Shown here: piece after piece, positions 39,850-49,205 of the stretch | Layout of the letters: every line of letters starts with the position of its first letter | Position numbering within the stretch: position 1 is the stretch's first letter | From: Dehalococcoidia bacterium | Lineage (GTDB): Bacteria; Chloroflexota; Dehalococcoidia; UBA2979 | DNA: 64,000 nucleotides | Assembly: GCA_963667465.2 (NCBI GenBank) | Contig: CAXXDN010000002.1 | Coordinates: forward strand, 1,504,001-1,568,000 | Reading direction: 5' to 3' | Notes under the pieces: generated by a model | The model's database searches: none | What the model was told of the DNA's origin: nothing | The model's input: the letters and a program-made list of their open reading frames with translations, nothing else | Position numbers and translations under genes: made by a program

Positions 39850-41150
39850 CGCGCGGGGCCTTCCCGCCGCGGCGCCGTGCGCGACAGCACCTCCCGCGCC
39901 CGCGGCGGCCCCAGGGAAGCCTCGGCCTCCGCCAGCGCTTCCTGCTCGAGCCGCTCCATGTAGAGGGCGACCTCCGTCACGCGGATCGAGCCGGTGTCCA
40001 CCGTCCACGGTGCGGACGAGGTCTTCACAACGTGCACCTCGTGGCGTTCGCGGCGCAGCCGCTCCAGCGAGGCGACCAGGTCGTCGGTCATCAACGCCGC
40101 CACGACGACGACGCTCGCGCCGATCGGCAGCGCCTCGCCGCGGCGTTCCAGCTCCAGCGCCAGCGGCGCCATCGCGAACGGGTTCGCGCCCGCCAGCGCC
40201 TCGAGGACCCGCGCGAGCTGGTCCGGGCGGCGCCCCGCGCCCAGCCGGATCGGGCGGTCCGCCTCCGGCAGCGCGCCGTTCGTCAGCAGGCCGAGCGCGG
40301 CGTGCGACTCGAAGGCGGCGCGAGCGAGCGAGGCGGCGACCGTCACGCCGCGCTCCAGCAGCACCGGGTCCGTGCCCTCCCAGGTGTGCGGCAGCGTCAT
40401 CACGTCCAGCGCGACGACGACCGCGAGCGCCCTCGATGGCTCGTAGAGCCGGGATTGCAGCCGCTGCGCGCGCGCCGTCGCCTTCCAATCGACCTGCTTG
40501 AGCGGATCGCCGGGGACGTAGTCGCGCACGCCGATCACCTTGACCGGGTCGGGGAAGATGCGCCGGCCGCCGCGCAACTCGCCGAACGGGCGGTCGCTGC
40601 CAATTCCCAGGTCCGGCAGCGGGTAGGTGCGGGGATAGACGATGAGCGTGTCTACGCCTCCTGCAGCCAGTTCGCGATCGAACAGCCCGAACAGGTCGCC
40701 CGAGGAAAGCCGCGCCGGGCCGAGGCGGTGGTAGCCGCGCTGCACGGCGTGCAGCGTGAGCGGCCACTCGAGGCGGTCCCCGGAACGCAGCGAGGTCGTG
40801 CGCGTGAGGTAGACCGCGCCGTGCTGCCCGGTGGGCGTGGTGTGGCCCTCGGTGAGCGGGGCGGCCTCGGGCAGACGCTCGCGCAACTCGATCCAGGGCA
40901 CGGGCAGCAGCTTGCGGTTGGCGAGGTGGAGCCGCAGGCCCACCTGCTCGCCGGTGAAGGCGCGCCGCTCGGACAGCTCCCGGCGGTACTCGACGCCCTC
41001 GAGCGCGAGGCGCGCCCAGAGCCGCGCCGCGCCGCCCGCGCCGAGCACCAGCGCGCCCAGGCCGATAAGCGGCGCGGAGCCGGCCAGCACGCCGGCGAAG
41101 ACGAGCGCCAGGCAGCAACCGATCCAGGCCTCGGTCAGCAGCGACCGCAC
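39846..41150 (-). CDS. DUF58 domain protein
   Basis: GVRDYVPGDPLKQVDWKATAR; follows MoxR gene. Confidence 0.9.
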   Translation of the reverse strand: MRSLLTEAWIGCCLALVFAGVLAGSAPLIGLGALVLGAGGAARLWARLALEGVEYRRELSERRAFTGEQVGLRLHLANRKLLPVPWIELRERLPEAAPLTEGHTTPTGQHGAVYLTRTTSLRSGDRLEWPLTLHAVQRGYHRLGPARLSSGDLFGLFDRELAAGGVDTLIVYPRTYPLPDLGIGSDRPFGELRGGRRIFPDPVKVIGVRDYVPGDPLKQVDWKATARAQRLQSRLYEPSRALAVVVALDVMTLPHTWEGTDPVLLERGVTVAASLARAAFESHAALGLLTNGALPEADRPIRLGAGRRPDQLARVLEALAGANPFAMAPLALELERRGEALPIGASVVVVAALMTDDLVASLERLRRERHEVHVVKTSSAPWTVDTGSIRVTEVALYMERLEQEALAEAEASLGPPRAREVLSRTAPRREGPAR

Positions 41151-41168
41151 GGGGGCTGCCCTTCGGGC

Positions 41169-42194
41169 CTAGCCGGCCGCTGCGGGGCGGCTGTCGACGA
41201 CGGGCACGGGCAACTCGCGCAGGATCTCGTCGATCAGGTCGTCCGCCGTGCGCCCTCGCAGCTGCGTCTGCGAGCTGAGCACGAGGCGGTGCGCGAGCAC
41301 GGCGGGCGCGAGCCGCTTCACGTCGTCCGGGCGCACGTAGTCGCGGCCCTCGATCGCGGCGAGGGCGCGCAGCGCCCGGAACAGCGCGAGCGAGGCGCGG
41401 GGGCTGCAGCCCAGGTCGAACGCCGCGTGCTCGCGCGTCGCGCGCACCACCTGCACCAGGTAGCGCGCCACGTCGTCCTCGACATGCACCTGCGGCAGCG
41501 AGGCCGAGAGCGCCGTCAACTCGCTCGCCGAGACCACCGGCTCGAGGCGATCGAGCGGGGACTCGCCCTCGAAGCGGCGCAGCACGGCGACCTCGTCGGA
41601 CTCGCCGGGGTAGCCCATGCGCAGCCGCAGCAGGAAGCGGTCGAGCTGCGCCTCGGGGAGCGGGAAGGTGCCTTCGAGTTCGATCGGGTTCTGGGTCGCG
41701 AGCACGAGGAACGGGTCCGGCAGCACGCGTGTCTCGCCCTCCACGGTGACGGTGCGCTCCTCCATCGCCTCCAACAGCGCGGACTGGGTGCGTGGGGTGG
41801 CGCGGTTGACCTCGTCGACAAGCACGACCGGGGCCATGATCGGCCCCTCACGGAACTCGAACTCGCCGCTCTTCTGGGAGTAGTAGTGGACGCCGACGAT
41901 GTCCGAGGGCATCAGGTCCGGGGTGCACTGGATGCGGTGGAAGTCCGCGCCGATCGAGCGCGCGAAGGCGCGTGCCGCCATCGTCTTGCCGGTGCCCGGC
42001 ACGTCCTCCAGCAGGACGTGTCCGCGCGCGAGCAGCGCGACCAGCAGCAGCTGCAGCGGCTCCTCGGCGCCGACGATGACCTGCGCGACGTTCTCGCGAA
42101 TCGCCGCCGCCGCCTCGGCGAGCGCGCGCACGGCCTCCGCCGACGGCGCGTCCGCACCGGGCATTGCTGCTCCGACTGCTGCATCTCCAACCAC
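41169..42194 (-). CDS. MoxR family AAA+ ATPase
   Basis: HVLLEDVPGTGKT, DEVNRATPRTQSALLEAMEE, ATQNPIE, LPEAQLDRF. Confidence 0.95.
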   Translation of the reverse strand: MVGDAAVGAAMPGADAPSAEAVRALAEAAAAIRENVAQVIVGAEEPLQLLLVALLARGHVLLEDVPGTGKTMAARAFARSIGADFHRIQCTPDLMPSDIVGVHYYSQKSGEFEFREGPIMAPVVLVDEVNRATPRTQSALLEAMEERTVTVEGETRVLPDPFLVLATQNPIELEGTFPLPEAQLDRFLLRLRMGYPGESDEVAVLRRFEGESPLDRLEPVVSASELTALSASLPQVHVEDDVARYLVQVVRATREHAAFDLGCSPRASLALFRALRALAAIEGRDYVRPDDVKRLAPAVLAHRLVLSSQTQLRGRTADDLIDEILRELPVPVVDSRPAAAG

Positions 42195-42287
42195 GTGGCC
42201 CCCTCGCCGCGCGGCGCCGCCCGTGGCGGACGCCAGAGGAGGAGGATACCAGCCGCCCGCCGTGGAACGGGGCGGCGCCGCCCGGCG

Positions 42288-43457
42288 CTACCAGCCGGGC
42301 AGCCCCGACGGCAGGCCGAGGAAGACGCGGCCCGCGCCCTCGTAGTTGCCGGGCGCCGCGGCAGCGTGCTGCACCGCGACGTGCACGTCGCGGAAGTAGC
42401 GTTCGAGGCGGTTGGCGGTGTGGGCGGCGTTCGTGCCCGCAGCCGAGAAGGCGAGATCGACGGCGCGCGCCGACTCGTGGCCCGCGTGCGTGATCGCCAA
42501 CCGGACGTTCGCGATCTCGCGCGTCGGGTTGGCGATGCGCTGCTCCGATGCCTCCCAGGCCTCGGCGACAGCGTCGAGGAGGTAGGCGCGCGCCGAGCGG
42601 ACGATCGCCTCGGCTTCGCCCACCATCCGCTGGACGCGCTCGCGGTCGCGCAGCAGCGTGCGCGATCCGGTGGACCCGCGCCCCGAGGCGAGGTCGCGCA
42701 GCTCGTCGATCGCGCCGCGCGCGATGCCGAGCGCGCAGCCGGCGTGCACGGTGTGGCTCCAGATGCCGTAGAAGCGCGCACGGTAGAGCGGGCTCTCGAT
42801 CGCGGGCGGCTCCAGGCGCGAGACCGTGTGCTCGGCGGGTACGTAGAGGTTGTCGATCTCGAAGTCGAAGCTGCCCGTCCCACGCAGCCCGACGACGTGC
42901 CAGGTGTCGATGATCTCGCCGTCGCACACGGGTACGGCAGCGGCGCGGGTGCGCGGCACGCCGTTCTCGTCGCGCAGCGGCTCGGCGCCGTCCATCAGCA
43001 CGCAGTTGCCGAACATCCAGCTGGAGTGCTCGACGCCGCTCTGGAAGTCCCAGCGCCCGTTGACCCGGTAGCCCGCGCCCTCGCGTTGCGCGCGGCCGAG
43101 GGCGCGGTTGGAGCCGGCCGCCCGCAGCGAGCCGGTCATGGCCTTCATCGCGTGCACGGTCTCCGGGTCCATCCAGGCGAAGCGGCGGCTCAGTACCGAG
43201 CCGATCATGCAGACCCAGCCCGTGGAGCCGTCGGCGCTCGAGATCTCCTCGATGGCGCTCGCGGCGGAGCGAGGGTCGGCCTGGGGGCCGCCGTAGGCCT
43301 CCGGCAGGTAGAGCTGGTAGAGGCCGGCCGCCTCGAGCGTGGCGTCCAGCTCCTCGGGGACGCGGCGGGTCTTCTCGATCTCGTCGGAGGCGGCGCGCAC
43401 GAGTGGCGAGAGTTCGCGCGCGCGCTCGACGATCGGGTGCAGCTCGGGCAGGGTCAT
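42288..43457 (-). CDS. Acyl-CoA dehydrogenase-fold flavin-dependent monooxygenase (HsaA-like oxygenase component)
   Basis: DGSTGW, GRWDFQSG, DTWHVVGLRGTGS, LERYFRDVH. Confidence 0.85.
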   Translation of the reverse strand: MTLPELHPIVERARELSPLVRAASDEIEKTRRVPEELDATLEAAGLYQLYLPEAYGGPQADPRSAASAIEEISSADGSTGWVCMIGSVLSRRFAWMDPETVHAMKAMTGSLRAAGSNRALGRAQREGAGYRVNGRWDFQSGVEHSSWMFGNCVLMDGAEPLRDENGVPRTRAAAVPVCDGEIIDTWHVVGLRGTGSFDFEIDNLYVPAEHTVSRLEPPAIESPLYRARFYGIWSHTVHAGCALGIARGAIDELRDLASGRGSTGSRTLLRDRERVQRMVGEAEAIVRSARAYLLDAVAEAWEASEQRIANPTREIANVRLAITHAGHESARAVDLAFSAAGTNAAHTANRLERYFRDVHVAVQHAAAAPGNYEGAGRVFLGLPSGLPGW

Positions 43458-43557
43458 GCGGCGTCCCTCCGCCGCGATCATAGCGGCGCGGGGCCCTACT
43501 CGCGGGCGCGCTATCATCGCCGCGTCACGCCGGGTCCGTGCCGAAGGGAGCGTCGCG

Positions 43558-44679
43558 ATGTCCGAAGCCGGAGGATCGAGGCTGTGGGAGGACGTGAACG
43601 AGGGCGATCGCCTGCCCGATCTTGAGCTGCCGATCACCTTCCGGACGGGCATCCTCGCCGTGGTCGGGATGCGCGACTTCAACCCCGTGCACCACTACAC
43701 GGACTACGCGCAGCGCACCAGCGGCAACCGCGACAGCTGGATGAACACGATGTGGCATCAGGGCCTGTTCGCGCGCTTCGCCACGGACTGGCTCGGCCCC
43801 GACAGCGACTTCCGCAGCACCTGGCTGCACATGACCGGCTTCATCCACCCCGGCGACACCGTCACCGTCGAGGGCGAGGTCACCCGCCGCTTCGAGGAGG
43901 ACGGCGAGCCCCGCGTCGAGCTCGCGCTCGCCGCGCGCACGGAGAGCGGCGGCTACGTCGCGCGGGCCGGCGCGGACCTCGCGCTGCCCTCACGGAAGGG
44001 TGGCGCGGTGCGCCTCCGCGAGGGCTTCACGAAGCCCTCGGTAGAGATCGACCCGGAGCTGCCGGAATTCGCGAAGCCCTGGATCGGCCAGCAGACGGAC
44101 CCGCTGTGGGGCGGCTACCCGGTGAGCGAGGCGCAGATCATGTACTGGGCGGACATGGTCGAGGACGCCAACCCGCTCTACTACGACAGCGAGTACGCCC
44201 GCGGCAGCCGCCACGGCGGCGTGATCGCGCCGCTGCCCTCGCTCTTCACCTGGATGATGGGCCGCCCCAGCCACTTCGGAGAGCCGTTCGAGCTGGCGGA
44301 CCCGGACGCGCCGAGCGTGAAGCCGTGGCCGCCCTCGCGCGAGCTGGAGGGCGGACGGGTGCTCGCGAACCGGCTGATCACGACGCTGCTCTCGGGTGAC
44401 TGGCGGCCGCCGGGCACGACGCGCTACGCGGCGCAGCGCGTCCGGCAGGACTACGGCGCACCGCTACGCCCCGGCGATTGGCTCTACACCCGCTCCGAGG
44501 TCGCGAACTGCACCGCGCGCAAGCGCACCCGCCTCGGCGAGGGCCACTTCCTGACGCTGCTGACGTCCTTCTACCGTCACCCGCCGGAGGGCGAGGACGA
44601 GCTGATCGGCGCGAGCCAGTACGCCTTCTTCTTCTACGAGGCGGAGCAGGGCATCGGCACCCCGGCGGCGCGCCCTTAG
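43558..44679 (+). CDS. Double hot-dog MaoC-family dehydratase fusion
   Basis: RDFNPVHH in N-domain; EDANPLYYD..HGGVIAP and PLRPGD in C-domain; resembles ChsH1/ChsH2-type hydratase domains. Confidence 0.8.
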   Translation: MSEAGGSRLWEDVNEGDRLPDLELPITFRTGILAVVGMRDFNPVHHYTDYAQRTSGNRDSWMNTMWHQGLFARFATDWLGPDSDFRSTWLHMTGFIHPGDTVTVEGEVTRRFEEDGEPRVELALAARTESGGYVARAGADLALPSRKGGAVRLREGFTKPSVEIDPELPEFAKPWIGQQTDPLWGGYPVSEAQIMYWADMVEDANPLYYDSEYARGSRHGGVIAPLPSLFTWMMGRPSHFGEPFELADPDAPSVKPWPPSRELEGGRVLANRLITTLLSGDWRPPGTTRYAAQRVRQDYGAPLRPGDWLYTRSEVANCTARKRTRLGEGHFLTLLTSFYRHPPEGEDELIGASQYAFFFYEAEQGIGTPAARP

Positions 44680-44759
44680 GGGGCTCAGCGCGGGGGCTCA
44701 GCGCGCCTGCTGCCGCTGCGCGGCGGGCAGGAATTGCCGTGCAGCGGCGGCGTGCGTTC

Positions 44760-45770
44760 CTATTCGACGATGAACTCGACTCTCATGCCTTCCAGGTAGT
44801 GGCTTTCCCACTCGCCCTCTTCGAGTTCGACGATGTTGCAGATCAGCAAGTACCTGCCCGGTGTCAGGTTGAACACAATAGACGCCGAACTCGCGGGCAG
44901 GAACGGCTCAATCTCACCCACCACATCGATGGCGTCTTCAGGGACGAACCCGGTGTCGTCCGTCGGCAACCCGTCGACCGGGAGGTCCGAGCGAATCACC
45001 ACGAACTCGTGCGGGTCTACCGGTCCCAGGTTGTCCACGAGGAAGTAGATGTCCCCCGCGGCAACGCTGGCCACGGACGACGTGACCGCCCACTCGGAGA
45101 GGAAGACGCGGACCTCGGTCGACCCCTCGGGCTGCGGTTCGACGACGCCCTCCACGGCGCTCTCGGCCTCGGAGGCCTCGGAGGCGGCGGACTCCGGCTC
45201 CTCAACGATGAACTCGGCCCGCATGCCCTCGAGGTAGTGGCTCTCCCACTCGCCCTCTTCGAGCTCGACGATGTTGCAGATCAGGATGTAGCGGCCTGGC
45301 GTCAGGTTGAACACCCCGGACGCCGAAGTCGCCGGCGTGAACGGTTCGATCTCACCGACCAGGTCGATCTGGTCCTCGGGCACGAACCCGGTGTCGTCCG
45401 TCGGCAACTGGTCGATCGGGAGATCCGAACGGACTATCACGAACTCGTGCGGGTCTACCGGTCCCAGGTTGTCCACGAGGAAGTAGACGTCCCCCGCGTC
45501 AACGCTGGCGACGGCCGGCGTGACCGCCCATTCGGAGAGGGAGACGCGAACCTCCCTGGCCCCCTCGGGCCTTGGTTCAACGACGCCCGCCGTGGCTTCC
45601 TCCGCCTCGGACGCCTCGACCGGCGCGGCAGTCGCCGGCGCGGCGGTGGCCACCGGGGCCGGCTCGTCGTCGTCGCCACAGGCTGAGAGCAGGAGCGCGA
45701 GCGCCGCCACTGCTGCCAGTAAGGCGAACATCCTGCGGCGGTTCAGGATCGATTCCATTACGAGAGTCAT
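44760..45770 (-). CDS. Lipoprotein with two tandem cupredoxin (type 1 copper) domains
   Basis: Lipobox LSAC; twice HEFV...PGRY.LICNIVELEEGEWESHYLEGM; exact start among nearby ATGs uncertain. Confidence 0.8.
   Translation of the reverse strand: MTLVMESILNRRRMFALLAAVAALALLLSACGDDDEPAPVATAAPATAAPVEASEAEEATAGVVEPRPEGAREVRVSLSEWAVTPAVASVDAGDVYFLVDNLGPVDPHEFVIVRSDLPIDQLPTDDTGFVPEDQIDLVGEIEPFTPATSASGVFNLTPGRYILICNIVELEEGEWESHYLEGMRAEFIVEEPESAASEASEAESAVEGVVEPQPEGSTEVRVFLSEWAVTSSVASVAAGDIYFLVDNLGPVDPHEFVVIRSDLPVDGLPTDDTGFVPEDAIDVVGEIEPFLPASSASIVFNLTPGRYLLICNIVELEEGEWESHYLEGMRVEFIVE
44765..45600. repeat. Intragenic tandem duplication, period 438 nt
   Basis: gaactcgtgcgggtctaccggtcccaggttgtccacgaggaagtaga occurs identically at 45003 and 45441; boundaries approximate. 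Confidence 0.9.
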
Positions 45771-45929
45771 ACCCCCCCCATCCAGACCAGAGTGCGAAAG
45801 TGAGGGGCCACCTTAGACTGTCGGCGTGCATAGGGGAACCCCATACATCCCGCTGAGGCCCCGCTACCTGATGGCTCCTCGAAGTTGGGCAGGAGCTCAC
45901 GCAGGCCGACACTGCCACGCGCTTCGCCG

Positions 45930-46925
45930 CTACTGCGCGCCGATCGCGGCGACGAGGGCGGCGCGCACCTCCTCGAGCGAGGCGACGCCCTCGAACCTGG
46001 CGATGATGACGCCGCCCGGGGCGGCGATGAAGACCCACGGCTCGGTCTGGAGCTGCCAGTCCCGGAGCAGCGGGATCGGGACGAGGCGGCCCGTCGTGCG
46101 CACCGCCTCGAGGATGAACGGTTCGATGTGCACGAACTGCACCTCGTCGCCGAACTCCTCCCAGAGCGGGACGACGACCGCCTCCATCAGCGGGCCGCAG
46201 AAGCGGCTCTGGCAGTACGCCGGCGTCGCGATCGCGACGAGCACCGGCTTCCCGGTCGCGACCGCCTCGGGCACGGTCAGCTCGTTCATCTCGATGACCG
46301 GCCTGACCATGCTACTGACCAGCGTGATGTCCGCGCCGTGGCGCAGCGTCAGGTGCGGGCTCTCCGGCAGCGGGTCGCCCACCTGCGGCTCGGGCGTGCG
46401 CTCCAGCACGTTGAACGGCTGCACGAGCAGGCCACGATAGCGCTCGCCCTCGATCTCGACGTCCAGCGAGGCGGCCCAGTCGCCCGTGCGGTCGAACTCG
46501 ACGGTCGCGTAGAAGACGGCGGCGAATGCGTCGTCGTGGACGTGCGTCGAGCCGTCCGCGTGCTCGTGGTCGAGTTGCTGGCTGAACGCGGCGCGATCCA
46601 GGTCATAGCTCGTAACGAAGGAACCCTGCCGGGACTCGTCGAGCCGGTAGAGCCGCACGCTGCCGCTCGCCTCGAGGATCAGCGAGGCGTCGGATCGGAA
46701 GAACCCGAAGGCGAGGCGGTTGGGGCCGACGCCCAGCGCCGAGTTGAGTACGACGGGTTGCACCTCCGGGTCGAACGCCTCGCCCACGGCGCGCGCGGAG
46801 AAGTCGAGCGACTGCGGCGGGGCGTCCTCGCCCGATCCGCAGGCCGCTGCGAGCGCGGCGAGGATCGCAACGCCGACGGCCGCGACGGCGGCCCTGGCGG
46901 ACGGTAGCCGTGGGCTGCGTCTCAT
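45930..46925 (-). CDS. Lipoprotein with His-rich loop and C-terminal thioredoxin-like domain
   Basis: Lipobox AAAC; DHEHADGSTHVHDD; ATPAYCQSRFCGP; FVHIE; TEPW. Confidence 0.72.
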   Translation of the reverse strand: MRRSPRLPSARAAVAAVGVAILAALAAACGSGEDAPPQSLDFSARAVGEAFDPEVQPVVLNSALGVGPNRLAFGFFRSDASLILEASGSVRLYRLDESRQGSFVTSYDLDRAAFSQQLDHEHADGSTHVHDDAFAAVFYATVEFDRTGDWAASLDVEIEGERYRGLLVQPFNVLERTPEPQVGDPLPESPHLTLRHGADITLVSSMVRPVIEMNELTVPEAVATGKPVLVAIATPAYCQSRFCGPLMEAVVVPLWEEFGDEVQFVHIEPFILEAVRTTGRLVPIPLLRDWQLQTEPWVFIAAPGGVIIARFEGVASLEEVRAALVAAIGAQ

Positions 46926-47058
46926 TGTTGTCACCTGCGGTCCCGGGCGCCTTGCCGGTCCTCGAACCACGGTCGCACGACGCCGATCATACGACGAGCC
47001 GCTGCATCCGTAGTCCCCTCCCTTGCGGATTGCTTGGCTGCGCTCGCAGAATCAGTGC

Positions 47059-47155
47059 GGGAGTGGATGGTGTCCGGTGGCGCCCGCGGTCTTCAAAACC
47101 GTTGTGGGGCTACGTGGTAGTCCCGGGTGGGTTCGACTCCCACGCACTCCCGCCA
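47059..47155 (+). tRNA. selC: tRNA-Sec (anticodon UCA)
   Basis: GGGAGTG/CACTCCC-GCCA acceptor, GCGGT-CTTCAAA-ACCGT anticodon arm, long variable arm, GTGGG-TTCGACT-CCCAC T arm; 97 nt. Confidence 0.96.
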
Positions 47156-47618
47156 TCCGGCGCCGCCCCCGGACGCGCCCCCGCTACGGCACCGTGACCC
47201 TCGCCAATGCCTCGATCGCCTTCCCGCCGCGCGCGTAGGCGGTCGCCGCCGTGGGTGAACACGATCGCGCCGCCCTCGGTCGCCGCGGCCCGCGGACGGC
47301 CGAGGTCGGCAGCCAGGTCGTGCGCCGCCTGCGAGGCGCGCTGCTGGGCCGCGACGCCGCGGTGCAGGGCGCCGAAGCAGGTCAGCGACGCTGACCCTTC
47401 GACTCGGCCCTGTGAGGCGTCGTGGTCTCCGTAGGGGTGCCCGTGCGGCGGGACGACGCCGCCGGCCACGAGGTGACCGTGATCCGGGTGGTAGGCGGCG
47501 AGCTCGTCGCCGATCAGCGGCGCCGTCCGGCACAGCGCGAGCGCGCCCTCGCGGGCCGCGAGGGCTAGACTCCGCCGAGCGGTGCGGGCCTGCCCGGCCA
47601 CTCGCCCGGCTCTCGAAG

Positions 47619-49114
47619 GTGACGGACCGGCCTTGCGCGTTCCCCGAGGCCCCGGCAGCTCCCTGAGGCCGCACGCGCCCGGCTCCGGCGACAACTACAA
47701 GTGGTGGGCCTTCAGCGCGATCGGGATCTCCTTCTTCACGCAGGTGATGAGCATCTCGATGGTCTTCGTCGCGCTCGCCGCGATCGCCGACGACTTCGGG
47801 GTCACGCTGCGCGAGGTCTCCTGGGTCGTGATCGCGCAGGCGCTGACGATCAGCGCGCTGATGATGCCGCTGGGGCGGCTCGCCGACATCGTCGGCCGGA
47901 GGCGCGTCCACCTGCTGGGATTGCTGGTGTATGGCGGCGGCGCGATCGCCACCGTGTTCGCGCCGACGTTCGGCGCCTTGATCGCCGCGCGCGTGCTGAT
48001 GGCCACCGGTAACTCGATGGGGCAGTCGGTCGGCACCGCGATGGTGGTCTCGGTGTTCCCGCCGGAAGAGCGCGGCAAGGCGATCGGCGCGCAGACGACC
48101 GCGGTCGCGATCGGCGGCGCATCGGGGCCGATCGTGGGCGGCCTCGTGCTCCAGTGGCTGCCCTGGGAGGCGCTGTTCGTACTGGTGCTGATCCCGACGA
48201 GCATCGCGCTCGTCTGGGGCTACCTGATCCTCGACGACGCGCGCATGAACCAGCCGCGCGACGAGCGCGCGCCGTTCGACTACGCCGGCGCGCTGCTCTC
48301 CGCGGCGGCGATTGCGCTGCTGGTGCTGACGATCAACAACCCGCTCAATCTTGGCTGGACGTCACTGCCGATGCTCGCCAGCCTCGCCGCCGTGGTGCTG
48401 CTGTTCGTGGCGTTCGCGCGCCACGAGCTGCGCACCAAGGCGCCGATGCTGGAGCTGCGGCTGTTCGAGAACCCCGTGTTCAGCATGGCCGTGCTCGCGC
48501 GCCTCGGCGGTTTCATGTCGATGACCATCTCGCGCTTCCTGATCCCGATCTACCTGATCAGCGTGCGGGAGCTGGAAGAGGCCGCCGCCGGAGGGTTAAT
48601 CTTCCTCACCTCGCTCGGCATGGGCATCGCCGCCCAGGGCTCGGGGCGGCTCTCAGACCGCTTCGGCACGCGCCCCTTCGCGATCCTGGGCTTCGGGATC
48701 TTGCTGCTCGTCACCCTGCCGATGGCGCTCTTCGACGGCGGCACGCCGATCCTCATCGTGGCGCTGCTGCTGCTCGGGACCGGTCTCGGGATGGGAACCT
48801 GGAACGTGCCCAACAACAGCGCGATCATGGGTTCCGTCGCCGCCTCGCGCCTCGGCGTCGTCGGCGCGCTGACCAACCTCACGAGGAACGCCGGCAACGT
48901 CCTCGGACAGGCGATCGCCGCCGGCGTCGTCGCCGCGATCATGGCCGCCGGTGGCTTCGACATCCCGCTCAGCGAGATCGCGGAGACTCCTGGCGCCGCC
49001 GCCTCCTTCATCGACGGCTGGCGCGCCGCCTACGCCCTCGCCGTCGCGTTCGCGATCGTGAGCCTGGTGCTCGCCGTACGCACGAGGCCTGCGTTTGATC
49101 GCGCCCTGCGCTAG
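47619..49114 (+). CDS. MFS transporter, DHA2/EmrB-like (14 TM)
   Basis: GRLADIVGRRR, FPPEERGKAIG, GPIVGG, PMLELRLF; start uncertain. Confidence 0.88.
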
Positions 49115-49205
49115 CAGCGGTCGGGGCCGCCGCGGCCCAGCGCGAGCGCGGTGTTTGGCAGAATGCGGGCAGGCCACGCCCCGAGGTGGCCGGATTGTGG
49201 GGAGG

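Noticed and set aside
45867-45905. CTGATGG plus stem resembling a hammerhead ribozyme core
   Set aside because: Core requires CUGANGA and GAAA; both are missing
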